DNA of 64,000 nt from a virus, in UHGV virus genome UHGV-2025275. One strand, 5' to 3'. A program made the position numbers and the translations under genes. Under the pieces are notes generated by a model that worked only from the letters and a program-made list of their open reading frames with translations, ran no database searches and was not told the DNA's origin. Shown here in pieces: positions 29,405 through 38,434 of this stretch. Every line of letters starts with the position of its first letter. Position 1 is the first letter of the stretch.

Positions 29405-29960
29405 CCAACCACTGTAGAGAGTAGAAAGGCTCACTATCCACTGTAGTGAGCCTTTTGTTTATCTGAAATCCGCTATCCACTGTAGTGAGTAACAACAACC
29501 GAAGAGTAACCACTGTAGGCAGTAGCGCTCAAATAACGAAATAAATGTTAGTGGTTACAAACCTAGATGAAACAAGGGCTGCGAGGTTAGTGGTCACTGG
29601 GTATCTTGTTAAATCCTCTCTATAGTGGTTATCGTTGTTCCCGTCGTTATTGGCTATCCACTGTGGAGAGCAGAATCGGTTGGCCGGATTTACTAACCAC
29701 TGTAGTGAGTAGATATCCGCTGAAAACAGTGAAGGTTTACTCTCTATAGTGGATACCCGCTGGAGAGCGCATTCCATCACTCTCTATAGTGGTTGTTTGC
29801 TGCGAATGAACGCCTGTTTACTCCCTACAGTGGATAGCGACGTCGATAATCTCCACTTTACTCACTACAGTGGATACCGGATGTCACGGCAGGCGTTTTA
29901 CTCACTACAGTGGTTATGGGCCGGATACGCACGCGGTGAGCTGGCTACTCACCGCAGTGG
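29405..29960. repeat. downstream iteron field (>=12 copies, both orientations)
   Basis: CCACTGTAG(A/T)GAG direct and CTC(A/T)CTA(T/C)AGTGG inverted copies. Confidence 0.8.
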
Positions 29961-29969
29961 TTAGTGTTA

Positions 29970-30185
29970 TCAGTGGATTTTCTTCAGCAGACCCCAGAGT
30001 GTCCCGGCCTTCGTCGTGAGCTTACCTGTTTCCGGATCGTACATGCGCCATTCGCGACGCTGGTGGACAATGACACCGTCCTCACGTTCCAGACGCTCCA
30101 GCACGCCGGTCTGCTTAAACCCTTTGGCACGCCAGTAGCCACTTGTTTTTTCGATTTCCAGACCTGCCAGTGTAACCGCCATCAA
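29970..30185 (-). CDS. hypothetical protein (71 aa)
   Basis: ATG ORF, overlaps start of next gene by 4 nt. Confidence 0.45.
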   Translation of the reverse strand: MMAVTLAGLEIEKTSGYWRAKGFKQTGVLERLEREDGVIVHQRREWRMYDPETGKLTTKAGTLWGLLKKIH

Positions 30186-30517
30186 CCAACCTCCTTGCAG
30201 TCATCGAAAAGGTAGCTGGCGTTCTTCGCGTGAACGCCGTAGACATCACCTGATTTGTTGTAAACGAACTTATCTTCACCCACGCCAGACAGTTTGCCGT
30301 TACGTTTGGTGAGATAGGGGGAAGACAGGACGCGATCATCGCGAACAACATAAAACTGTTCGCCGCTGTCCACAACCATCGCGCCGTAGCTGGCTTTGAC
30401 GACATTGCGGATCACGTCGTTTTTCACTTCGGCCACTGACATCTCACACTCATAGACGTGCGTGTCCGCGTAGACAGGGAGGGAGAGCAGCGCCAGAGCC
30501 AGGGCTAGTTTCTTCAT
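30182..30517 (-). CDS. secreted/periplasmic protein (111 aa)
   Basis: signal peptide MKKLALALALLSLPVYA. Confidence 0.55.
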   Translation of the reverse strand: MKKLALALALLSLPVYADTHVYECEMSVAEVKNDVIRNVVKASYGAMVVDSGEQFYVVRDDRVLSSPYLTKRNGKLSGVGEDKFVYNKSGDVYGVHAKNASYLFDDCKEVG

Positions 30518-30693
30518 GCCACGACTCCTTTGATAACGCCGAATGCTGAGTCGAATACCAGCACTACGGCCAGCGCATTAACCATCGCGCCATTAACAGG
30601 CGCCAGCGCTTTACGGATTGCTCCGGTGAAGATGCAATCGAGCACAAAAGCTATCGAGACAATAAGTAATAAAGTGTCTAATACAGTTTTCAT
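30514..30693 (-). CDS. small membrane protein (59 aa; below ORF-track cutoff)
   Basis: MKTVLDTLLLIVSIAFVLDC…; TGATG overlap with downstream gene; motif-1 copy 2 nt upstream. Confidence 0.4.
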   Translation of the reverse strand: MKTVLDTLLLIVSIAFVLDCIFTGAIRKALAPVNGAMVNALAVVLVFDSAFGVIKGVVA

Positions 30694-30733
30694 GATAGGT
30701 AGATACTAACTTATATATTTTTTGCTGTAAATA

Positions 30734-31009
30734 TCACTCAAAAGTGCTGATGCCTAAGATACGCTCAAGATGAGCCGCGTCTTCATCGCTTACCGGCATC
30801 GTGTCGCCGACGTACCAGCAACTACCGTTGTGCCAACAAACACCGTCATCATCGACATACACAGAATCTGCATCCATGCCAGTGTACTCAACGAGATTGC
30901 GCTCAATTGCCGCTTGAATTTCTTCATCGTTCAGCCCATCGCACTTGACCATGAATAGCGGGTAAACGTCATAGTCGGTGCTGGCTGAAATTCGAACCAA
31001 AATCTTCAT
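30734..31009 (-). CDS. hypothetical protein (91 aa)
   Basis: ATG with AAGGAGA SD; ORF-track 5' extension to 31072 rejected. Confidence 0.5.
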   Translation of the reverse strand: MKILVRISASTDYDVYPLFMVKCDGLNDEEIQAAIERNLVEYTGMDADSVYVDDDGVCWHNGSCWYVGDTMPVSDEDAAHLERILGISTFE

Positions 31010-31077
31010 GTGTCTTCTCCTTGTTGGTAAGTACTTATTTATATTAATGTGCGCCATGCGGCGCACAATCATTGTGT

Positions 31078-31488
31078 TCAGGCTGGTGGAAAGAACTTCT
31101 CCAGCGTGCGGTCGACAGCTTTATCGATGTGCATCAGATGCCAGACGACCATATCTTTACTTCCCATACCGCGGGTGTAGATCACGTCGAACTTACGCCA
31201 GGCGGCGTGAAACCAGTGCGGTGTATCATTAACCGGCAGATTCTCTCCAGCCTCCTTGAAGTACTTGAGCAGCATGGCCTGTTCAGCGGTGGGCGTCGGG
31301 CCAATCTCTTCCGCGTACATTCTGATGAAACGCTGCCAGTCGGCTTCATCTTCTGAAGGTTCCGGTGCGTTCATCTCTGCAATCGCCTCACGCAGCTGCG
31401 TCGCCCATTCTGGCTCTGGGAAGCCCTGGGCAATTTCGGTATCCACTACATCCAGCGCAGCGTTGGCCGCGTCATACAGTTTCTTCAC
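31078..31488 (-). CDS. hypothetical protein (136 aa)
   Basis: ATG ORF in operon. Confidence 0.5.
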   Translation of the reverse strand: MKKLYDAANAALDVVDTEIAQGFPEPEWATQLREAIAEMNAPEPSEDEADWQRFIRMYAEEIGPTPTAEQAMLLKYFKEAGENLPVNDTPHWFHAAWRKFDVIYTRGMGSKDMVVWHLMHIDKAVDRTLEKFFPPA

Positions 31489-31861
31489 GCTTTTTCTCCT
31501 GCATTAAAAGGAACACGGTCATTGCCGCTCTGAAAGGGTTAGGGTTCTGGATCAGATGTTGTGGCGTTGAGCTATCCACCTTTCTGTGGGCCGCTCTCCA
31601 CTCGCCAGGCTGTCTGGCGGGGATTACGCCGATTCTGTGTCGATAAATAATGTCCCACGCATCTTCCGGATCGTTACACCAGTCGAAGGTTCCGGCTCCG
31701 TTCGGGCCGATGGCGACCACTGCTGTGTAATCGCCTTCCTGTGAGCCTTTCCAGCCATATTGTGAGATAAGCGGTCGATGGCCGGTGGCTTCCGCGACCA
31801 GGCAGTTAATCTCAAAGTCCGTCATCTCGCTGTAATTTTTCATTCCCGATCTCCTTCTCAT
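31472..31861 (-). CDS. hypothetical protein (129 aa)
   Basis: GAGAAGGAGATCGGGA ATG SD. Confidence 0.55.
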   Translation of the reverse strand: MRRRSGMKNYSEMTDFEINCLVAEATGHRPLISQYGWKGSQEGDYTAVVAIGPNGAGTFDWCNDPEDAWDIIYRHRIGVIPARQPGEWRAAHRKVDSSTPQHLIQNPNPFRAAMTVFLLMQEKKREETV

Positions 31862-31962
31862 CCGTTGCCGAACAACTATGTGGCGTTGTCACTTTGTACT
31901 TCTACGGATGCTAATTCCGTATTAGTAACCAATTTGTTTTCTTGTTGGTGATAATACGGAAA

Positions 31963-31987
31963 TAAAAAAGGCGTCCAAGTGGACGCC
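31963..31987 (-). terminator. intrinsic terminator after SPFH gene (GGCGTCCAAGTGGACGCC + T-run)
   Basis: near-identical hairpin recurs at 33101-33127. Confidence 0.65.
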
Positions 31988-32005
31988 GTATCTTTGAAAA
32001 GGCTG

Positions 32006-32836
32006 TTACTTCAACGCGATAAACGGAGTATTAGCCCCTTCAGTCATGTACTGAGGCAACTGGCCATTCCATTTGTTGATGGCTTCCAGCTCCATGACGT
32101 TCGGGTTCTGACGTAATGCTTCACCGCGCAACTTGATGGCATCAGCTTCTGCTTGAGCACGCTTGCGGATAGCGTCGGCTTCACCTTCGGCTTGTTCACG
32201 CAGCATGTTCGCTTCTGCCTTGCGCTGCTCAACTTCCTGCTGGCGCTGGAGCGTTTTCTGGTTCGCGGTCACTTTGGCATTGATAGATTCGATGACAGTG
32301 TCCGGGTAGTCTGGTTTGCCCACCCATGACAGGCTAATAACCTCAATACCTACCGGTGACATTTCTGCCTGAATGTCTTTCAGCGCATTGTCGAGCAGAG
32401 ACGCCTTGCCACCGTCGATGAACGTGTCGGTAGTCATGCGGCTGGCCAGACGGTTCAGTGAGTCCGCAATCTTCTGGCGCAGATCAGTGTCGGTAATGTC
32501 ATCAACACCTTTGCGATAGGTCTGGAATACGGTAGTTACTTTGTCGCGATTAACCAGATATGCCACACCAATTTTGTGGCCGATGGCTGTACCGTCGCTC
32601 ATCTGGAATGTGAACGGCTCATCGTAGGTTTTCATCTGTTTGAAAGTGGGGAAGGTGTACAGCTCGGTATTCAGACCAGTCCACTGACGGCCAACGCCGA
32701 CAACTTCACCGATACCTTTGTCTTCACCCAATTTGTTTACCTTAATGCCAACGTATCCCGGTTCCACGCGATCGCAGCCGGTCAGACCCATTGTGCAAAT
32801 AGCAGCCAAAGCCACCGCCAGTAAACCTTTCTTCAT
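32006..32836 (-). CDS. SPFH/band-7 (stomatin/prohibitin-like) lipoprotein
   Basis: lipobox GLTGC; PHB-domain-like core then Ala/Glu-rich coiled coil. Confidence 0.65.
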   Translation of the reverse strand: MKKGLLAVALAAICTMGLTGCDRVEPGYVGIKVNKLGEDKGIGEVVGVGRQWTGLNTELYTFPTFKQMKTYDEPFTFQMSDGTAIGHKIGVAYLVNRDKVTTVFQTYRKGVDDITDTDLRQKIADSLNRLASRMTTDTFIDGGKASLLDNALKDIQAEMSPVGIEVISLSWVGKPDYPDTVIESINAKVTANQKTLQRQQEVEQRKAEANMLREQAEGEADAIRKRAQAEADAIKLRGEALRQNPNVMELEAINKWNGQLPQYMTEGANTPFIALK

Positions 32837-32839
32837 TAC

Positions 32840-33040
32840 TTACTTCTCCTTAGTTTTGTTGAGTGAGTTGATATACCTGTGGCCAGTTTTTAACAAGGCA
32901 ACCGGGAAGACTACAGCGATGGCAAGTCCGATAAATAAGGCCAGATCGCTTTTAGCTGAGATAAGCGATGGAACCAGTAAACCGTAGATAAAGCAGACTG
33001 ATATCACCGCTGAAACAGCCATGAGATAACCCTTGATCAT
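32840..33040 (-). CDS. small two-TM membrane protein (66 aa), co-operonic with SPFH gene
   Basis: two hydrophobic helices; 4-nt gap to SPFH gene. Confidence 0.5.
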   Translation of the reverse strand: MIKGYLMAVSAVISVCFIYGLLVPSLISAKSDLALFIGLAIAVVFPVALLKTGHRYINSLNKTKEK

Positions 33041-33100
33041 GTGTTTCCTTTTGTCGTTTTGGTGTAGGAATGATAAGTAAGTGCTTATATATTTTCAAGT

Positions 33101-33127
33101 ATAAAAAAGGCGTCCAACGGACGCCTT
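33101..33127 (-). terminator. intrinsic terminator after recA-like gene (GGCGTCCAACGGACGCC + T-run)
   Basis: hairpin + A-run on plus = T-run on minus. Confidence 0.65.
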
Positions 33128-33131
33128 GTGA

Positions 33132-34208
33132 TTACGCTTCTTCTGTCTCTGCTGGGGACGACTCTTTCGCTCGCCGTTCGTCTATCGCCTGGAGTGCTGC
33201 GATGATTTCCGGGAGTGGCTTCTCGCGGTACATCTCGACGATCTGCGATTTGGTGTATTTCTTATCGCCAATTTCTACACGCCCGCTGGCGTTCTTGGGC
33301 AGGTATCCTTCCTCCAGCATGTACTCAACCAGCGATTCGATGACGTCCAGCCCGCGAGTCGGGTCGAAGTAGAATTTCCATGAGCATTTGCCAAACGGAG
33401 GTGCGACTTTGTTTTTAATGCACTCGGCGCCAACGTCCTGTCCGATCTTCTCTTTGCCATCCTTCATAACGGATGCGCCCAGACGGATGCGCACCGACGC
33501 GTAGAACTTCGGAGAGTCGCCACCTGGAGACGTCGTCGGATCGCCAAACATCACGCCAATTTTGGTACGCACCTGGTTCAAGAAGATGATGCACGCGTTG
33601 TACTTACGCGCCCAAAGCGCCAGAGTAGGGAAGTTCGCACTCGTCGCGCGCGCCAGCGCCGTGTTGTCGTTCATGTTCAGCTGATCTTTGTCCTTCGCAG
33701 TGCCTTCTGCCATCTTGTCGAACTTCTCAGCCTTCGAGTTCGGAACCATCGACGCCAGAGAGTCGGCAACGATGCAGATAGGGGCTGTTTCCGGGATAAG
33801 CTCTTCGTCGCGCACCAGCTTGAGGATTGTGCCGATCAGCTCGACGGAGTCTTCGAAGGTATCCGGCTGTTTGTAGACCCACTGACCGTCGTCTTCGTCG
33901 GCGTTCAGTCCGTTCGCTACCGCCAGACCAACGTCGAAACTGTTTTCGTGGTCAAGGAATACGGCCAGACCATCCTGTTTCTGTGCTGACACCATTGCAG
34001 CCGTCGCCAAAAAGGTTTTACCGGCGCTTGGTGGCCCGAAGACTTCAACGATACGCCCACACGGAAAACCACCGTCGTAACGTCCGGAAATGGCTTTGTT
34101 CAGTGGAGGGAAACCGGAGTCAATCCAGTGGGAGACCTTCTGGATCTCGTCATTGCTGCCGATTTTCTTTTTCAGCGCCAGTGCCAGTGCGGATTTGCCT
34201 TTTGCCAT
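33132..34208 (-). CDS. RecA/UvsX-like recombinase
   Basis: Walker A GPPSAGKTFLA; RecA-fold length (358 aa). Confidence 0.75.
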   Translation of the reverse strand: MAKGKSALALALKKKIGSNDEIQKVSHWIDSGFPPLNKAISGRYDGGFPCGRIVEVFGPPSAGKTFLATAAMVSAQKQDGLAVFLDHENSFDVGLAVANGLNADEDDGQWVYKQPDTFEDSVELIGTILKLVRDEELIPETAPICIVADSLASMVPNSKAEKFDKMAEGTAKDKDQLNMNDNTALARATSANFPTLALWARKYNACIIFLNQVRTKIGVMFGDPTTSPGGDSPKFYASVRIRLGASVMKDGKEKIGQDVGAECIKNKVAPPFGKCSWKFYFDPTRGLDVIESLVEYMLEEGYLPKNASGRVEIGDKKYTKSQIVEMYREKPLPEIIAALQAIDERRAKESSPAETEEA

Positions 34209-34210
34209 GA

Positions 34211-34477
34211 TTAGGCTCCTTTTGATTCGTTGATTCGCTTCGAAGCAGCGGCTTCGTCAAACTTAATTGCGTCGTGGTTCAGGTGTTTGGCGACGCGAGC
34301 GATGATCTTCACGACCTGCTCGCTAACCAGCGCGAACTCACGCTCAGTAGCAGAAATGCCAGCAGCGCCCAGAATGTTCGGCAGCGCCACCACAGCGTGC
34401 TCGCCGTGGCAGAATACAATCTCTTTAGCCAGCATGGTTGGCGTAGTTGCCCCGCCATTAATGATGGATTTAAGCAT
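34211..34477 (-). CDS. hypothetical protein (88 aa)
   Basis: tightly packed between recA-like and flap nuclease genes. Confidence 0.45.
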   Translation of the reverse strand: MLKSIINGGATTPTMLAKEIVFCHGEHAVVALPNILGAAGISATEREFALVSEQVVKIIARVAKHLNHDAIKFDEAAASKRINESKGA

Positions 34478-35472
34478 CAGCAGTACCTCTCAAATGGCAG
34501 AACAAACACTTCCAGATCTTCCAGAAACGACCGGAAATTCAGCTCGTAACACATCTGTTCGAAGGCATTCATGTCGCGTGCGCCTTTAATCGACTCGATT
34601 TCGCTGGGTGGGAATTTTGTGTCGATAAGGTTCATCAGCATCATGTTGCGCTTAAAGGCTTCGAGCATCCGGCAGCCCGTCTTCTCGTTGAAGGCGTTCT
34701 TTGCCAGCTTGTTGAATGCCGTCTTATAGCGACCCTTATTGATGACAATGGAGCCGTCGTTAATGCCGCGTACCATTGCGGCCACGCTTCCCCACTCATG
34801 AAGCAGCTCTTTCGCGCCACCATCACCAATGCCGCCGACGCCTTTGATGTTGTCCGAGTTATCGCCCTGCAACGCTTTCGCTTCCAGAAACGCGCGTGGT
34901 GTTGGCAGACCTGTCAGCTCTGCGAACTGTTCGAAGTTCACCTGCTTGTGCTTGGCATCTTCACGCAGGCTTACCCAGCTCACATTCTCGCGAACCAATT
35001 GGAGCCAGTCGCCATCGCCCGTCAGCAGGTAGATGTGATCGACGGTCGGCTGCGGAGCCAGGCGAGAGACCAGCATTCCAGCCAGGTCGTCCGCTTCTGC
35101 GTCCTTTGCAATGAGTTGGTTAACGCCCAGCGCGGTCATCATTTTCAAGATGTACGGCTTCTGGATGGCAAAGCCTTCTTTCATCTTCTTCATATCCGGG
35201 TCGTCATCGCGATTCGCTTTGTACTCCGGGTAGAAGTCGCGACGTTTGTCGCTGAATCCATCCCACAAGATCATTGGCCGGGCATGGAGAATTGAGGCGT
35301 AACGACGAACGTTCTTCACGAAGCCAAAAGCCGCCTGAACTTCCATCTCGCCGTTGTGTAATTTGTCGGATTGCTGGTGGTAATAGCCCAGGCTGTTACC
35401 GTCCACAAAGAGATAATTCACCGGTACACTCCTTCCAAAAAGTAAGGCGTCCGTAGACGCCTTACTGGTCAC
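34477..35472 (-). CDS. 5'-3' exonuclease / flap endonuclease (T5 D15 / T4 RNase H class)
   Basis: LFVDGNSLGYY PIN-like N-terminus, acidic metal-binding clusters. Confidence 0.8.
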   Translation of the reverse strand: MTSKASTDALLFGRSVPVNYLFVDGNSLGYYHQQSDKLHNGEMEVQAAFGFVKNVRRYASILHARPMILWDGFSDKRRDFYPEYKANRDDDPDMKKMKEGFAIQKPYILKMMTALGVNQLIAKDAEADDLAGMLVSRLAPQPTVDHIYLLTGDGDWLQLVRENVSWVSLREDAKHKQVNFEQFAELTGLPTPRAFLEAKALQGDNSDNIKGVGGIGDGGAKELLHEWGSVAAMVRGINDGSIVINKGRYKTAFNKLAKNAFNEKTGCRMLEAFKRNMMLMNLIDTKFPPSEIESIKGARDMNAFEQMCYELNFRSFLEDLEVFVLPFERYC

Positions 35473-35481
35473 GTTATGGGA

Positions 35482-36510
35482 TTACAGAGCGTCCAGTTCA
35501 GCCAGCAGGTCGTCGAGACCTTCGTCAGCTGGTTCAGATGCAGCGGCAGCTGATGCTGAAGCACTTGCAGCTGCGGCGGCTTCCGGAGCTTTAACTTCTT
35601 CCGGTTTAGTTTCCGGTTTGAACTCAGCTTCAGCGGCACGCAGGATCTCTTCATCAACCAGGCTGGTGGACTCTGGAGCCGGAGTGTGTGCTGTAGCGAC
35701 AGCAGCTGCGCCTTCCGTATGACCAGTGATAGATCCAAAACCTGGCAGTTCAGCAGCGGCTGATTTTGCAGCGGAAGAAATGGCCGGAGAGGACATTGTT
35801 GCTGCCGGAGCCGCGATACCAATCAGACGACCCATAGTGCGAGCCGTAGACAGCAGACGGGTTTCGTCAGCCTGGTTCGCGTATGCGATCAGATCGTGTT
35901 GGGTAGTCCAGAGCTTCTCAGGAATGTCGCCTTTGTAGACTTTACGTTTCGGGGATACGTCGTACTTGGTGTCACGACCGGAACCGGTACGCTTAATCAG
36001 GAACGCATAGCCTTCTTCTTTGCTCAGTGGGTTGCCGATATCATCCGCAATATCTTCGGACATCACTTTGCAGATATCGTCGAAGACCGTAGACGGCAGC
36101 TCAATCAGTTGGCATTTCTCTGCGTCCGCAAAGTCTTCACGCGCAGACAGAACACCGTTGACCAGATAACGAGGTGTAGCACGCATACTGTTAATGCGCT
36201 CTTCCATCGCTTTGTTGCCCTTAAAGCGAGCACGACCTTCCATAACCATCTCACACAGCTGGCAAGCGTGGCCGTGGGTGTGCTGTTCGCAGATGTAGGC
36301 GGTGGTTACATCTTTGCCTTCCTCATTCTGATGCTTAACGTAGTGCATACCGAAAGTCTGGAAGAACACGCCATTCGGGTCGTCCTTGTTCGGAAAAATG
36401 CGCAGATAGTTATTGCCGTCTTTCAGACGGGTCAAATCAACGTTATTGCCACGTTTAGAAGCAATATCGCCACGGGTCTTGTTAAGCAGATCAAGTAATG
36501 ACTTAGACAT
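35482..36510 (-). CDS. gp32-like single-stranded DNA-binding protein with Zn-binding motif and acidic C-terminal tail
   Basis: CEQHTHGHACQLC zinc cluster; C-terminal …DEGLDDLLAELDAL. Confidence 0.65.
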   Translation of the reverse strand: MSKSLLDLLNKTRGDIASKRGNNVDLTRLKDGNNYLRIFPNKDDPNGVFFQTFGMHYVKHQNEEGKDVTTAYICEQHTHGHACQLCEMVMEGRARFKGNKAMEERINSMRATPRYLVNGVLSAREDFADAEKCQLIELPSTVFDDICKVMSEDIADDIGNPLSKEEGYAFLIKRTGSGRDTKYDVSPKRKVYKGDIPEKLWTTQHDLIAYANQADETRLLSTARTMGRLIGIAAPAATMSSPAISSAAKSAAAELPGFGSITGHTEGAAAVATAHTPAPESTSLVDEEILRAAEAEFKPETKPEEVKAPEAAAAASASASAAAASEPADEGLDDLLAELDAL

Positions 36511-36629
36511 GTATTTCTCCTTGTTGTGATTGTGGCCATTGGCGCTATGCGCGTTGGGCGTTCGTTTATTCGTGGCTCTTTCGAGCGAGAAGAATGATAG
36601 ATCAGTACTTACTTACGATCTAGCATAAA

Positions 36630-37061
36630 TTAACGGGGAGAGTGGAAACGTTCGGCGCCCAAACGTTCAATCTCCACGATAGCCATTTTGGACGCCTGGA
36701 CAATCATGTCGCGGCGGTGAGAGAAGGCGGCTACAGCGTGCTTGTACAGATCTGCAATGTGCTGGGCATCGTCGAGTTTCTGGCGCTTTGCGAGGTATTG
36801 CGGGTTGGTTCTGACCTTCGCCTCCAGTACGGATTCATTGAACTTTATGCCGTTCATGCTCAGGTTCTTACGCTCATTGTCGTAGATTTTTGCCTCAATC
36901 GCATCGAGGGAGAGTTTTGCATCCGCGACCTCACGCTCTGCCCGCGCCAGCTTAGAGCCATACTCCATCAACAGGCGCGGTTGCTGACGCCAGACTTCCT
37001 CCAGATTGTCGCGGTCGAACTCCAGATCGGACATGATTTTTTTGTAGATATCGGTGCTCAT
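36630..37061 (-). CDS. hypothetical protein (143 aa)
   Basis: ATG ORF. Confidence 0.5.
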   Translation of the reverse strand: MSTDIYKKIMSDLEFDRDNLEEVWRQQPRLLMEYGSKLARAEREVADAKLSLDAIEAKIYDNERKNLSMNGIKFNESVLEAKVRTNPQYLAKRQKLDDAQHIADLYKHAVAAFSHRRDMIVQASKMAIVEIERLGAERFHSPR

Positions 37062-37306
37062 TTTGATAGCCTCTCACTTATTAATGTGTATTGATTATAG
37101 AGATTCAGTTAACGCTAATCCAAGATAGACCGTTATGCTATCTGCTCGAACAACTACTTCTTAGGGCTTGTTAATTGCAGGAGTCTCTCCTATTGTGTTC
37201 GTGAATTTTAATTGAAAGAAATATGGATTTTGAAAGGGATAGAGCCTTCATGTTTCCGCACGGTATTTATCATTAATTATTCAAATTAAAAGGAAATGTT
37301 ATCATC

Positions 37307-37897
37307 ATGTTTGATATTTATAATTTATTAAAGCAAATAGAAGAGAATACGAAACCTGATAATTCTGCTATTTGGATTGCTATAATATCTTCAATATCAG
37401 CTATTGCTGGCGCTGCTATTGGTGCATTTTTGTTATATCGAGGCACAAACAAGCAAATTAAGTCTGCTGCTGCTACTGAAGATAAAAAATTAAAAGCAAC
37501 TATAATTACCGCAGAAAGACTTCGTTGGCTTCAAGAACTAAGATCAAGAAGTAGTGAGTTTTATGCGAATCTCGATATGAATTACAGCTTATTAAAACGA
37601 CAAATAAATCCGCAGACAACCCCGGCATATCAACAAGCTGGGGACGAGTTGGCGAAAACTGTAATGATTGAGTGTAATCAGATAATTTTGTTACTTAATC
37701 CAAAAAAACATAATCAACAAACAATGCGCGATAAATGCAATGAGGCTCTTACTTTTTTTCAGGAATGTGTAGAACTAAGAAATAGAGGTAGTTTTAATTT
37801 TGATGATGTAAAATACGCAGAAATAAAAAGTCAGTATTTTAATGCCTTGACAGAAATTGGCATTGAAACATGGAAGCAGATTAAAGAATTAAGTTAG
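37307..37897 (+). CDS. AT-rich orphan membrane protein (196 aa, one N-proximal TM), opposite strand to flanking operons
   Basis: AAGGA SD; TM IWIAIISSISAIAGAAIGAFLLY; strongly AT-rich codon usage. Confidence 0.6.
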   Translation: MFDIYNLLKQIEENTKPDNSAIWIAIISSISAIAGAAIGAFLLYRGTNKQIKSAAATEDKKLKATIITAERLRWLQELRSRSSEFYANLDMNYSLLKRQINPQTTPAYQQAGDELAKTVMIECNQIILLLNPKKHNQQTMRDKCNEALTFFQECVELRNRGSFNFDDVKYAEIKSQYFNALTEIGIETWKQIKELS

Positions 37898-37961
37898 CAT
37901 CTTACTGGTGTAACATGATTAATAACAATCTCTGCGGTAAGTCTTAAGCTGTTTTCAACAA

Positions 37962-37990
37962 TAAGGCTCGCCATCCGGCGAGCCTTATAA
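37962..37990. terminator. bidirectional terminator GGCTCGCC-ATCC-GGCGAGCC
   Basis: 8-bp GC-rich stem flanked by T-rich tracts on both strands. Confidence 0.7.
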
Positions 37991-38434
37991 TTAAGCGACT
38001 TTCTTCCCAAAAATGTTGGATAGCGTGACTCTGGTCTGGCGCTTCAGCCGATACTGTCTCACATCGCCAATCTTGTTCACTTCCATAAACTCTTTGGCCA
38101 CCTTCAGTACCAGCCGATTGCGGAACACTTTGAACGCCTCCAACTGTTCCTCTGGGTTATCCGATTCGTAGATCTCCAGCAGATACTGGCACGCCTTCGG
38201 ATCTTGCGTTTTAAGCGCCAGCGCTCTGGCACATTTACGTAGGCGACTGATTCTATCGGCTCCATCCAGCCCGGCGAACGCCAGCGCCAAATCTAACGTG
38301 ACCGGGCAGTCGATGATTTCCCAGAACTGCGACCGCATGGTGGCCGCAACTGCTTTATTCTGAAAATCCGCAGGGATAGCCACCAGCGCTTGTGCAATCT
38401 TCTGTGCCTCGTTCATGGTGTTCTCTTTGTTCAT
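37991..38434 (-). CDS. hypothetical protein (147 aa)
   Basis: ATG overlaps dnaE stop. Confidence 0.5.
   Translation of the reverse strand: MNKENTMNEAQKIAQALVAIPADFQNKAVAATMRSQFWEIIDCPVTLDLALAFAGLDGADRISRLRKCARALALKTQDPKACQYLLEIYESDNPEEQLEAFKVFRNRLVLKVAKEFMEVNKIGDVRQYRLKRQTRVTLSNIFGKKVA

Noticed and set aside
27795-29960. Possible CRISPR array
   Set aside because: The repeats are 21-22-bp iterons with short, unequal, non-unique spacers. They occur in both orientations and flank a Rep initiator gene, which is a plasmid origin architecture and not CRISPR.
34798-35295. 165-aa plus-strand ORF
   Set aside because: Antisense within the flap endonuclease gene.
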